Shown piece by piece: positions 13,676-27,300 of a stretch of DNA of 64,000 nt. Made by a program: the position numbers and the translations under genes. This DNA comes from Eledone cirrhosa (taxonomy: Eukaryota): the NCBI GenBank assembly GCA_964016885.1, contig OZ024742.1:217186001-217250000 (forward strand), given 5' to 3'. Below the pieces are notes generated by a model. It was not told the origin of the DNA, ran no database searches, and was given only the letters and a program-made list of their open reading frames with translations. The number at the start of each line of letters is the position of its first letter. Position 1 is the first letter of the stretch.

Positions 13676-15508
13676 TGAATATGAACAGATATTACTGGTA
13701 TAATGTCTGTAGACTGAATATGAACAGCTATTACTGGTATAATGTCTGTAGACTGAATATGAACAGATATTACTGGTATAATGTCTGTAGACTAAATATG
13801 AACAGCTATTACTGGCATAATGTCTGTAGACTGAATATGAACAGATATTACTGGTATAATGTCTGTAGACTGAATATGAACAGACATTACTGGTATAATG
13901 TCTGTAGACTGAATATGAACAGATATTACTGGCATAATGTCTGTAGACTAAATATGAACAGATATTACTGGTATAATGTCTGTAGACTAAATATGAACAG
14001 ATATTACTGGTATAATGTCTGTAGACTAAATATGAACAGCTATTCCTGGTATAATGTCTGTAGACTGAATATGAACAGATATTACTGGCATAATGTCTGT
14101 AGACTGAATATGAACAGCTATTACTGGTATAATGTCTGTAGACTAAATATGAACAGATATTACTGGTATAATGTCTGTAGACTGAATATGAACAGATATT
14201 ACTGGTATAATGTCTGTAGACTGAATATGAACAGATATTACTGGTATAATGTCTGTAGACTAAATATGAACAGCTATTACTGGTATAATGTCTGAAGACT
14301 GAATATGAACAGCTATTACTGGTATAATGTCTGAAGACTGAATATGAACAGCTATTACTGGTATAATGTCTGTAAACTGAATATGAACAGATATTACTGG
14401 TATAATGTCTGTAGACTAAATATGAACAGCTATTACTGGTATAATGTCTGTAGACTAAATATGAACAGATATTACTGGCATAATGTCTGTAGACTGAATA
14501 TGAACAGCCATTACTGGTATAATGTCTGTAGACTAAATATGAACAGCTATTACTGGCATAATGTCTGTAGACTGAATATGAACAGCTATTACTGGTATAA
14601 TGTCTGTAGACTGAATATGAACAGCTATTACTGGTATAATGTCTGTAGACTGAATATGAACAGCTATTACTGGTATAATGTCTGTAGACTGAATATGAAC
14701 AGATATTACTGGCATAATGTCTGTAGACTAAATATGAACAGCTATTACTGGTATAATATCTGTAGACTAAATATGAACAGATATTACTGGTATAATGTCT
14801 GTAGACTGAATATGAACAGATATTACTGGTATAATGTCTGTAGACTGAATATGAACAGATATTACTGGCATAATGTCTGTAGACTAAATATGAACAGCTA
14901 TTACTGGTATAATGTCTATAGACTAAATATGAACAGATATTACTGGTATAATGTCTGTAGACTAAATATGAACAGATATTACTGGCATAATGTCTGTAGA
15001 CTGAATATGAACAGATATTACTGGTATAATGTCTGTAGACTGAATATGAACAGCTATTACTGGTATAATGTCTGTAGACTGAATATGAACAGCTATTACT
15101 GGTATAATGTCTGTAGACTAAATATGAACAGATATTACTGGCATAATGTCTGTAGACTGAATATGAACAGCTATTACTGGCATAATGTCTGTAGACTAAA
15201 TATGAACAGCTATTACTGGCATAATGTCTGTAGACTGAATATGAACAGCTATTACTGGTATAATGTCTGTAGACTGAATATGAACAGATATTACTGGCAT
15301 AATGTCTGTAGACTAAATATGAACAGATATTACTGGCATAATGTCTGTAGACTGAATATGAACAGCTATTACTGGTATAATGTCTGTAGACTAAATATGA
15401 ACAGATATTACTGGTATAATGTCTGTAGACTGAATATGAACAGATATTACTGGTATAATGTCTGTAGACTGAATATGAACAGATATTACTGGTATAATGT
15501 CTGTAGAC
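13676..15508. repeat. 39-bp minisatellite, 47 copies
   Basis: Unit t(g/a)aatatgaacag(a/c)tattactgg(t/c)ataatgtctgtagac; span 1833 = 47 x 39. Confidence 0.97.
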
Positions 15509-15637
15509 TGAGTATGATACAGGTCCATTGTACACTAACAGCACCATGTGTGTGGTATGGATGAGTGGTATAACACCTTTATGTGAACGCTATAATCATT
15601 GATATGATACCATTGAGTGAAGATAACAACGAATGGC

Positions 15638-15967
15638 ATGATGATAGTGGGTGGGTCTAATAGGATGTTGTATAATGACAATAGGTAAATTTAATCGGTT
15701 GTTGTATGATGACAATGGATGGATATAATAGGCTGTTGTATGATGACAACAGGTGGATGTAATAGGCTATTGTATGATGACAATTGGTGTTTTTAATAGG
15801 CTGTTGTATGATGACAATAGGTGGATGTAGTAGGCTATTATATGATGACAACAGGTGAATGTAATAGGCTATTGTATGATGACAATAGGTAGACATAATA
15901 AGCTATTGTATGAGGACAATGGATGGATATAATAGGCTGTTGTATGATGACAATGGGTGGATGTAAC
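15638..15967. repeat. 34-bp diverged minisatellite, ~10 copies
   Basis: tatgatgacaataggtggatgtaataggctgttg recurring every 34 bp (e.g. 15807, 15841, 15875). Confidence 0.9.
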
Positions 15968-16261
15968 AATCAATCACATAATGCAATTGAATGAATGTAA
16001 AAGCCAATGTAGTTAACTTAAAACATTCAGACCACATTTGACTGCCACCTATGTATCACAAACATGACGGTTTCTCTTGTTATGGTGGGAGAGTTAATGA
16101 ACTTCATTAACCATAGAATTATGAATATAAAACTGTAATACCAAACCAATATATCTTTATAACTAACTAACAACTGTACCCAATCTTCTCCAGTTTTATT
16201 AATTCTTTTGTCTATTTTAAGTATGAACCTTTGTTAAGTTATGTTCCAACCACTAGTTTAA

Positions 16262-16432
16262 CCCTTTAGCGTTTACATTACTCTATATATATTATCGAAT
16301 CTATGAGATTTTGATGTTATTTATTTTGAAAACAATAATCTAACATCAGTATGTGTGACCAGTTACAGCCAGTTTGAACAGAAAGAGGTGAGAGAATTCT
16401 GGCCGGATACAGCCGGTTTAAATGCTAAAGAG
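16262..16432. mobile_element. piggyBac-type MITE nested in another MITE
   Basis: TTAA|ccctttagc...gctaaagag|TTAA; same family at ~1990-2214 and 28297-28515; the host element resembles 48695-48928. Confidence 0.75.
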
Positions 16433-18129
16433 TTAAAAATGGCAAAGTTATATTACTAAATCCTTCAAACTTCTTGATTATTTTCAAAATTTGAAAATCA
16501 TAGGTGTCTTTCTTGCATTGGAAATATGCCAATGAAGGGGTTAATACCTAAAATATCATTCCATTTTTATATTTTTCTTGGAAAACGTGCTCTTTCATCA
16601 AAATTCTAATCTACCTAATTACACTAAATTAATTACTTATTTAATGAGTAACTATTTCCAATGTCTATTGCAATGCTTGGGGGTATAGAATATTCTTAGC
16701 ATTTTTGTTTTCTGTCCGGAACTAAAACGATCAAATTTCAGAAAAATTTAAATAACTTATAGCATCTTTTCCTTAAAATGATGCACCCCAAAGCAAAATT
16801 TCAGCTACATAAATACAAAACCTTGGCCTACAACTTAGAATACAGACATATACATTCACTTCTATATATTAAGATGACACACATTCTATGAAATTTAATT
16901 TCAGTTATGCCATATGTCTGAAAATTAAAAAAATACATAACAACATTCCATTGAAATTAACAATGTAGCACTATCTTTTTGGCTGGACTAAAATGCCTTT
17001 TACTGTAATACTTATAGTCAGCTGAATTCATAAGATGCCACACTACAAGCTGAAAAGTCCCCAGATTATATATCACCAGTGGTAAGCTATCAAACAGTTA
17101 ATGGAGCTTGATTTACAGGCCATTCATAGCAAGTTTCTTTAGATTCTTAATTTTACCCAACATTGAAATTCCTTTGCGATTGTACAACCTGCCTGAAAGA
17201 GCATAGCAGTAATATATTCTTCAAATCACACCTTACCATCTTAACAAGACAAAGTGGAATGGCTTTGATTATAGGTCTGCCTAGCTGTGGGTTCCCTAGG
17301 GTTATGCAACATAATCGGTGTTGTGGAATAGCTATGGTAAATATATATAATTCTTAATGCTCTTAGTCCACTTTGCTGAAAAAAGTACTATTTGTATAGC
17401 CAACTGACTTCTCCACACAGCAAAAGCAGTCTTTAATTAGGGGCAGTTTTGGTATCTTATAGCACCAATTCTTTTTGTTTAAATTGTTTGTGAAGGCTTA
17501 GTCAGAGCAGAGAGCAATGTTGATAATCTCTTCAGGGCCTTTAAGACTGCTGAAGGGAAACATCATCATCGCCACCATTTAACATCCATTTTCCAAGCTT
17601 GCATGGGTTAGATGGGTTGTCAGGTGACCAGGTCCTGCTTGTATGCTTCATTCTAGTTTTGTTTCTATGGCTGGATGCCCTTACTTTGCAGACACATCAA
17701 ACCCAGCTTAACATAAAAATTAAAAATATATTAAACGGAAGAGGTGGACTGGTGCCTCTATATCTGCACTTGAAAAGTTTCTTTCCAAAAGCTGGGCAAA
17801 TTTTTTATTTTTTTTATTTATTGAAGATCAGCAATTGGCCATGCATGCAAATCTTCACACCCTACATCATTGATGTTATCAAAGGGAAAGGTAAAGGCTG
17901 ATACAACTTGGTACCAGTATCAATGCAGGCAGGGCCAAGAGATATCATAAGGCAATTCTGTCAATCCACTGCCTGGAATTAGAATTGTATTAACCCTGAA
18001 AAGATGAAAGAGAAAGTTGACCTTAAATTTGGACTCGGAATGCAGAGAGTGAAAAGAAATGCAACAAGACATTCTAGCCAACACAACAACTCAATTAATT
18101 CACAGTTTCATGATAAAGTTCTATATTCA

Positions 18130-18520
18130 AATAATTGTTTCTACTTTTGGCACAAGGCCAGCAATTAACCAGTACATTACTGGTACTTTATTTTATCGAC
18201 CCCGTAAGGATGAAAGGCAAAGTCAACCTCGGCGGGATTTGAACTCAGATCGTAAAGGGACGTAACTATGCTGGAAAGCATGTCCGACCTTTCTACCAAT
18301 ACTGCCAATTCACCGCCCTTATATATTCAAATTGTTTCTACTTTAGGCACAAGGCCAGCAATTACCCAGTGCATTACTGGTACTTTATTTTATCGACCCT
18401 GTAAGGATGAAAGGCAAAGTCAACCTCGGCGGGATTTGAACTCAGATCGTAAAGGGACGTAACTATGCTGGAAAGCATGTCCGACCTTTCTACCAATACT
18501 GCCAATTCACCGCCCTTATA
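18130..18520 (-). mobile_element. Two head-to-tail tRNA-derived SINEs (Meta-domain-like)
   Basis: Each has an A box (gaattggcagtattggtag), a B box (gagttcaaatcc) and gcctttcatccttacggggtcgataaaataaagtaccag; tatattcaaat flanks and separates the copies. Confidence 0.85.
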
Positions 18521-20925
18521 TATTCAAATATATTCAAATAATGAAAGTTATAAACAGTTCTAAACAGAATTTATAGTAAACCAAACTTGAACATCCTCCT
18601 CACTTCTGACCCCACAAAGGTTGAATCATTAGAAAGGGAACACCAAAGTTCTCGTTGAATACTGTAAAAATCACTAGAATTGGTAGGCACATGGTCTGCA
18701 TTAGTATAAATTGGTCTACCAAAAACTTAAATGCCCACTTCATCTCATGGCAAACCAACATGTACCAAAGCATTCTATCTGATGTTCTAACAACTCTACC
18801 AATTTGCCACCTCATACTCTATGTAATGAATCTTTAATGAATCTTAACTCTATAACTGTACTGAAGCTGGTATAAAATATTTTCAGTTATTTCTAAATTT
18901 TCAAAGACCTGTTAATTTCTAATCTAGCCAAATAACTGTTTCAAAGCAAAATACTGCAAAGAAAATAGAAACTATCAGTATAAATTGGTTGGTTAGATGG
19001 TTGATACTCAAAAATTTTAAGTTTTACAGAAGGTTTTCGCTATGAAGAACAACAAAAATCAATTCTACAACTCTGCTGAAAGCAAAATAGAATATGTCTC
19101 AATACAATAGCTACAACAGAGTTTCAATCTAAATTAAGACAAAAAGTGAACTAAAAGAAATAGCAAATGTGAGCAAATGGCATGAATTTAGATAATATGA
19201 GAATGTAATGATGTACTGAATGATATGCAAAAAAATGTTGCCACTTAGTTGGAGAAAGAAAACAAAAAACTCAGAGGGAACTGGTAGCAAGTTTCAAAGA
19301 AAAGACAAGCTCCTTAAATTCACATTATTGATCTCACTGTATCATTTTAACAGTTATACATCTCTTTTACATGAGACGGTCATCTCTAAGTTCCGCTCAT
19401 CTCTAAGTTCAAATAAATATATGAGCGAAGGGAAATAACTTAAGTAGGCCAATGGCATGAATTAGATAAATTTAAAATCCGGAGTACTGACTGCTGTATG
19501 CTAAAACATTCTACTATAAATTACAACTGGCCAAAACTCTTCATAACATTTTTCTACATGTAAAATCTCTGTCAACTGATTGAGCAGACTTGAGTTTGGC
19601 TGAACTTCGCTGATGAGGTCCAATGAAACCAAAACATGTCTGCTAACAAAGATCAGACATCCCCACTAAGTATGTAAATCAATCTTTTTGTGAAACTATT
19701 TCTAAATGTCTTGAAATTATTTCCTCTCTTCTATAAGAGTTGTTAATTGCCACAAACAATTTTTTTCTTTTGTTCTTTCTCTCTCTCCAATTAAATGAAA
19801 ATTTTTCACAGATGTTCAGTACATGGCCCATATATGATTTATATATCATAAATTTGAATAATTCCATTTTAAATCCTGTAGCGAAAGAGCATTGCAATTA
19901 TATGCTCAACATACAACTAACAGCTCAAATTTCTGAGACATAAGCAGTTTTTGTTTCTCAAGCCAACCGAGGTCAGACAAAACAGACACAAATCAATGGC
20001 TGTGGCAGACAGACAACTCATGGCTTCGTAGTCAAGTTGTCCTAGATATTGCCTTGCATTACAAAGATATTTCTATTTAAAATAGTTCAGTGAAATTAGT
20101 GAAATGAGCAAGAAATAATTACTACGATCATTATCATCATCACCATCATTTTTTACATCTTCTTTAGCATGCTGTCATGGTGTGGATGAGACTTTTTGAG
20201 ATAATTATTTTACAGTCAGACATCTTTTCTGATGCCAACCAATACTTGAACCTCATACATCAAACCACTGATCAATGGGATATTGTTTATGAAAAACACA
20301 AATACCACTAGCTGTCTAAACAATGTCAATGTGAAGACATGCAGAGACCAATGGGCAGATGCACACATGCATACACAAAAACACAGTCTTTGAAAGGCAC
20401 TCTGTTAAAAATGAAAAGAAATATCATAGTAAGATAAACAGTACTCTGATGTATTGAAAAGTGGCTCTTACTGAACTAGTTCTGTTTCTGTTAATTAATA
20501 AAATGACAGATTGCATGTTCCTAACATATATGTTGCTGGTTAGGTTTGGTCAAGTACCTGTATGTATGTGTATGTTTATGTGTGTATGCATTTGTAGGTG
20601 TGTGTATGGTGTGTTTATATATATATATCGTATTAACCATGCTAGTGTGGAAAAATGGATGTTAAACAGTGATGATGATAAAGTTCAAGAAATTCATTTG
20701 CTCTTATGCTGATTACATACCTCTTCCCTCATATCTTTCAATTTTATTCAGTTTTTAACAAGTCATTTCAATGTGTAACTATTTTGGTCACTCCCACACT
20801 TGGACCTAACCTAGCCAATACTTATATCTGAGTTATGCTACTTTCCAAGATTTTAACTAAAAAGAAAGAAAAATGACCAGTCCTGTAAAAGTAATTTTCC
20901 AATAAATTTATATATATATATATAT

Positions 20926-22874
20926 TTTGCCAATGTTCTGCGACGGGAAGATCAGAGGCGTGCGGTGTTCCACATTGCAAGGCAGTGTGTCAATGCAAAT
21001 CAGGATGTTGTTGGTGATAAATGTGTCCGGGATGATGCCGGTGTACTTAGTGTCACGAATGACCAGAAAAAGGAGGCCTGGAAATGTCATTATGAGAGAC
21101 TGATGAATGTGGAGAACGAATGGGAGAGAGAGAAATTACCCTTGGTAGATCCGACAGAGGGACCAGCTATTGAGATTGACGAATATAGGGTCCAAGAGGC
21201 GATTAGGGAAATGAAAAATGGTAAGGCGGCCGGACCATCGGGAATAGTTGCTGAGATGCTGAAGGCATCAGGGGACGTAGGCACTAAACTGGTTGCACGC
21301 ATAATCAATCAGGCTATATATGGTGGTGTCATACCCAAAGACTGGTGCAGCAGTATTCTCATAAATTGCTACAAAGGTAAAGGGGATGCTTTGGAGAGGA
21401 GCAATTATAGGGGTATAAAACTGATAGATCAGGTTATGAAAGTGGCAGAAAGGATTTTAGCACAACTAATTAGAGAAAGGGTCAAACTAGATGAGATGCA
21501 GTTTGGTTTTGTGCCTGGGAAGAGTACAACAGATGCCCTCTTCTTGGTGAGACAAATGCAAGAGAGGTTCTTAGAGAAGAATAAGCCACTATACTTGGCC
21601 TTTGTTGACCTAGAGAAGGCCTTTGATAGGGTACCCCGATCTGTCATCTGGTGGTCCCTAAGGAAGCTGGGTGTTGAGGAATGGCTTGTAAGGACAGTGC
21701 AAACTTTGTACAGAGGTACTCTCAGTAAAGTCAGGGTAGGAATGGAGTTTAGTGAGGAATTCCAGATACAAGTAGGAGTACATCAGGGTTCGGTCCTCAG
21801 CCCGCTCTTGTTCATTATAGTCCTCCAAGCCATAACAGAGGAGTTTAAGACTGGCTGTCCATGGGAACTTCTCTATGCTGACGATCTGGCTCTTATGGCA
21901 GAATCAGTAGAGGAGCTAGAGAATAAATTCCGGCTATGGAAACAGCAGTTGGAAGCAAGAGGACTGAGAGTAAATCTAGCTAAGACAAAAGTGTTGATGA
22001 GTAGAAAAGAGGACAAAACCCTGATTCCGTCAGGGAAATGGCCATGTTCGATATGCAGAAAAGGAACTGGCATAAATTCTATAAAATGCACACAATGTAG
22101 GTCCTGGGTACACAAGAGATGTAGCGGGATAGCAGGCAAACTAACAGGTAGGGAGAAATATGTATGCAGTAGATGTACAGGGAAATTAGACAGTAGAAGT
22201 CGCACTGATAGACACATTTTTCAAATGCGAGAGGGCGCTATAGAAGTGGTGGATAGCTTCCGGTACCTAGGAGATCAGATTAGCATGGGAGGAGGGTGTT
22301 CCGAGGCCATAGTATCTAGAATAAGGACGGGTTGGAAGAAGTTTAGGGAGCTGCTTCCTCTGTTGACGAAGAAGGGTTTCTCCCTGCGTACGAAAGGCCG
22401 GTTGTATGATGCCTGTGTGAGGAGCGCGATGCTGCATGGTAGTGAGACATGGGCAGCTACCGCAGAAGATATGCGACGGCTGGAGAGAAATGAGGCAAGC
22501 ATGCTCCGTTGGATGTGCAGTGTAAATGTGCGTGAACGACCCAGCATAAATGTGTTGAGAGAGAAACTGTGTCTGAGAGGGATAGAATGTAGTGTACGGG
22601 AGAGGAGACTGAGGTGGTATGGACATGTGATGCGCATGGAGGATGACCGATGGGTGAAGAAGTGCCAGGAAATGCCAGTTGAAGGAAGACGTAGTAGAGG
22701 TAGACCACGAAAAACATGGGCGGAGGTGGTGAGAACAGACCTCAGATCATTGAAGCTCACGGTGGAGATGACGAGGGACCGTGACGAGTGGAGAGATGCT
22801 GTGCTGAATAAGACCCGTCCCACCCTTGCAAGCAGGGAAAGGCGGACGTAAAATGATGATGATGATGATGATGA

Positions 22875-22878
<4 letters not shown>
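20926..22878 (+). mobile_element. RTE-clade LINE, 5'-truncated, young; uninterrupted RT reading frame (20926-22851) with an internal PHD finger
   Basis: QFGF, FVDLEKAFD, GVHQGSVLSP, LLYADD, FRYLG and RLRWYGHV motifs; C4HC3 finger; (GAT)n tail; inserted in (TA)n. Confidence 0.95.
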
Positions 22879-22919
<41 letters not shown>

Positions 22920-24003
22920 CATCATCACCACCACCACCACCATCATCATCATCGTTTAACATCCATTTTCCACGTGTATGGTGTGTGGCTTAATGGTTAG
23001 TTCACGATCATAAAGTCCTAAGTTCAACTCCCAAACTGGATAATGCGTTGTATCCTTGAACAAGACACTTTATTTCAAATGGCTTCAGTCTACTCAGCTG
23101 ACAAAAAGTTGTACCTGTAATTCAAGGGGCCAGCCTTGCTACATATAGTGCATGTGCCTGTAGAATGCTCAGCCACTTACATGATGGAGGTCCTACACAG
23201 AGACATATATATGACAAGATTATGCACAGTATCTCTCAAACAATTTCACTCACAAGGCTATAACAGAACACACTTGGCCAAAGTGCCAAGTATTGTGATC
23301 AAACCTGAAACCATGTGACTGCAAAATAAACTTCTCAACCACACCTGCAGAAATAGCCAAACCATTCTAAGAAGGAATTCTTCTTAAGTTAACAATCTCA
23401 GAGTTTTCAAACAACCCAGCAAGCTAATGAAATTGCAATCAATTAACCACGGACACCATGTCATATGTAGATACAAGCTGGACATTAAACCAACACGCAA
23501 TTTAACCAATTGCAATTCACTGGAAAGAGTCATGACTTTTTCCTTCTCGGCTCACAGGTCATCTAAACATCAACCTAGATTATAAGATCACCTACACTGA
23601 ACTCTGCCAGGAGTTGCGACCAGCAGACAGTACCAGCAATGGAAAGACCATCGGAAACATGTTTTACTTGGTCTGATCAGATGATTGGCCTTCTTCTGCC
23701 AGCGATTTACGACTGGTAGATAGTATCAGCAATGGGAAAATAAAAGGAAACGTTTTTTTGGAGGTCCAATCTGACGATTGGCTACATTGAACTAATACAA
23801 AATCTAGGAAGGCCTATAAAGGCTATGTACACTCTCCTACTATGACTGTATTTTGCTATTCCAACAACTATAATATTACTAAAACTGAACATTTCCATAT
23901 CAGTATAAGTTTAAATAACAAATAGCCATATGTTGCTAAAGCTTAAGTAAATTTATTTATTCCACATGCTACCACCTTAAATGAAACTTAAGGGTCAGTC
24001 TGA

Positions 24004-24300
24004 CTCATGGTCCCAGTAGACAGGATAGAGAAGACATTGTTCCAGAGGATGGCAAGAGATAAACACTGGAACAACTATTCCACATTGTGGGGTCTGTGCT
24101 TGCGGGTAGCTAACTCTGCTCCGATATCAGTAAATAGGGATGTCTTCTGTGGGCCAAGAACACCGGAAGTCTCCACTGCCACAGACTCAACCACAAACCT
24201 CTGAGGGAGCAGCTGATACTCTAACAGTTTGCCCTCTTTGGCCTGGTGGGCAGCAAAGCCTGGGCTGATAGCTGAATGCCCAACACCATTTGCAGTGGTT
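24004..24300 (-). mobile_element. Degraded CRE-like non-LTR retrotransposon C-terminal REL endonuclease fragment
   Basis: ..AAHQAKEGKLLEY..FVVESVAVETSGVLGP..LFTDIGAELA..*LFQCLSLAILWNNVFSILST resembles the recalled CRE/SLACS-type PVAVETSG...LFQRLSIAIQRGN signature. Confidence 0.7.
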
Positions 24301-27300
24301 ATATTGTTACTATGAAGATAAAACATGCAAATGGTAAGAATGATTACTCTACATAAATTCAGATTAAACAGAAAACAAGAAATCGTAATATGAAATATGT
24401 TATTGTAAAATTCATGCATTTACCAACTATTAAAAACTTGGATGTATAGAACAGAAACATTTTAAAATAGTGACATATGGAAGTTTTAAAGCTGGAGCTA
24501 CAACTAAGTTGTTAATTCGTGGGAGATGGGCATTACGTTAAAACTCCATCAATTTAACCAATTGCAATACACTGGAAAAAATCCATGATTATTTCCTTCA
24601 TAGCTCATAGTTTATTGACAGGTATCAGATTACATTGAACTAATTCAAAATGTGAGAAAACCAATAAAGGTTATGTGCACTCTCTTGCTTCCTTGAGTTA
24701 TATCAAACATTTTTTGATAATTAAAAATTAAAGAGGCAACCTACATCTCTGAAAAGTACCATCACAGCAATGATGTGGTGTCTATCTTAGACAATATATC
24801 TTATTTCCTATAAATAACATTGATTATATACCCCCTACTATACATGTCCAAATTTGCAGTTTTGATAAAATATGCAATGTAGTTTCAAGTTAAAAAAAGA
24901 GTTTACCTGTACCTGCTCTAACTTCAAACTTACACTAACATGGAAGAGAAAGCAGACCAACAAATATAAGGGAGTATCTATGTAGTCACTTTTCAACATG
25001 CAAGAAATGGCAATTTTTACTCAATAATATGGTCCTCAATATATTGTCAGAAAAAAAGATGATGGTCACAACTAATTCAAATCTGACATGGGAGCTAACC
25101 AACAACAAAACAGACCGACAACCTAAGGTAACTGCCACACAGTTGTTCAACCTGCTAGAAATAGCAGTCAGGTTTCTTCCCAAATCACATCCTATCTTTA
25201 AAAAAGAACATCTTTCATCACAGTTCTGCTTTATCATGACTGACTTGGGGCTACACAACGACCAAAAGCGGGTTGATGAGAATAAAAATGATGGTTACTA
25301 TCACTTCTATCTATTTGGAAGGTAGAAGAGTGAAGTTTAAGGAAAACACGTCTGCTACATTGAACAGGCTAAATGAATATACATAATCTTTCTTACCACT
25401 ATCATCATCTTCATTATTGTCATTCATAAGCTATTGCATCATTTATCACCTGTATCTGTTTTATAAGGTCCTATGGTTTTGACAAATGCACAAACTTTTC
25501 CCATATTAACTTTTGTGAATTAACAGCTTCATCTTTGATGTTTTATCTGCTACAATATGTTTCAAATGAGGTATGAGGTGTCAAGGAGGCATAGTACCTT
25601 TGGTAGGGCTAAAAAAAAAAGCAGCAATAACCAGCAGTATCACTGTGAGACACATATCTTGGGGTAAGGTGAGATATGAAGATCGCTCTGGTCATCCAGT
25701 TCACGACAAGACTTAAACTTCTTGCAACAACAAGCAGATGGCATACATTTCATTGCAAAAGTTGAGATATCGTACATATCTGCAGCAATGATATACCCAA
25801 CTTACATAGCTTTTCCGCATATGAAGGAAGACAGAAGGTATAGTACAGGCAGTAGCAGTCCCAATACACCAGTTGCCTAGGCAGAGGTGTCCTCCATTGT
25901 TGAAGTTCTTTATGAAATGCTGTCAGTGTTTAAACAGAGAAGGTTTGGCCATCTTTGAAAACAAAGGATGACCAAAAAGACATCTCAATTAGTTGATTCT
26001 CTGATTGTTTTCAGATGCCCATATATTTACATGGATAAAATGTCACTAAGGTGCAAGTTGGTGAGTTTAAACTCATTCTATCATCATCATCATCAGATAT
26101 GTATATATGTTGAAATAGTTTAGACCCGAGTCAGCTCTGATTAAGCGGGTATGATCAAAGGTATTCCAGCCTTGGCTACCACACCTTAATTTCAGGTATA
26201 GTGCATCTAGAACCTCATTATCTAATATCTCCTTCCTTTAAGATGGTAAGGTGTGTTTTGGGGAGGAAATTGGTGCTTTTTCTAGCAAGTCAAGCAATTA
26301 TGTAAAGGCTCCCACTTTGATTCTTGCATATATGTAAATATATGAGGCACCTTATAACAATCTGTGACTGAACAGATCAAAATATTGAGTAATAGATCAA
26401 ATAAGATCAAATTCATTGACAGAAGAATTTAAATTGTTATAATTCATCTAAAAAAATGGCAATCTGCATATATTTTTAATATCATCCTCATACTTATTTA
26501 TTTTTGTTTTAAGATCTATTTTTCATTAAATTTTGCAATGTAGCAACTTTATTTACAGTAGCCCTATATACAACCACTTATGATGGGATGTTCTAAGATA
26601 CAATTAAACACTGCATGTCAATGTGCAGTGTGAGTTTCAACTAAGTTCAGATATGGTACATCTGGAACAATATAGGGGCTCACAAGTGGTCATTCAACCC
26701 ACTACATGCCTGCTGCATGTCTACTCAATCATGGCTCACCAGGAGCTACATGAAACACACATATAAGCCCATATATATTGACATTTAGAAGATGAGAATG
26801 CAATAAAATGTTAAAATAATTATATACAATAAATAAAAGTGTGTAGCTTAGAGACTAACAATAGATACACTTCATAAAAATGATAAATATGTGATAATAA
26901 AAAAAAAACTCAAAGATAATTCTTAACATAGCTTGTTATAATTATGAAGAAATTATAGAAATTCAATGCCAAACCAATAAGAATAGAATGAAAGAAGGAG
27001 AAGGATGAGTAGCAATTTTAAATAATAGATGTCTAAATCAAGAACAACTGAAGACAGATATAAGTGCCATACTATAAAGCCAGAATTTTAAAAATGAAAA
27101 GCATGTTGATTCTTTCATTAAGAATAGTTAAAAGAGCTATATACAATGACAGACTGACACCTACACAGTGAATTATTTGTAAGATATCAAATATCAATTT
27201 TAAAACTTCTCTATTGTCAACACATCATCTCAAGAGACATTCTTGTAAATAATAAAATAAATATGATCAAAATTAGTACTTTATTCACAGAATGAATTCC

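Noticed and set aside
13676-15508. CRISPR-like appearance of regular repeats (also 7825-8136, 47029-47300)
   Set aside because: Head-to-tail units with no unique spacers, no cas genes, eukaryotic context.
13571-15564. 658-aa (-) and 207/406-aa (+) ORFs
   Set aside because: By-products of a stop-poor 39-bp (13-codon) minisatellite open on both strands; no domain or splice support.
21090-22962. Antisense ORFs over the RTE/CR1 copies (also 34139-35582, 50755-53218)
   Set aside because: Shadow frames of retrotransposon coding sequence.
24075-24312. Possible extra MBTPS1 exon (AG acceptor at ~24312, open frame)
   Set aside because: The peptide resembles a retrotransposon REL domain, and the flanking S1P exons already join seamlessly (PERME-G-NHLHRY).
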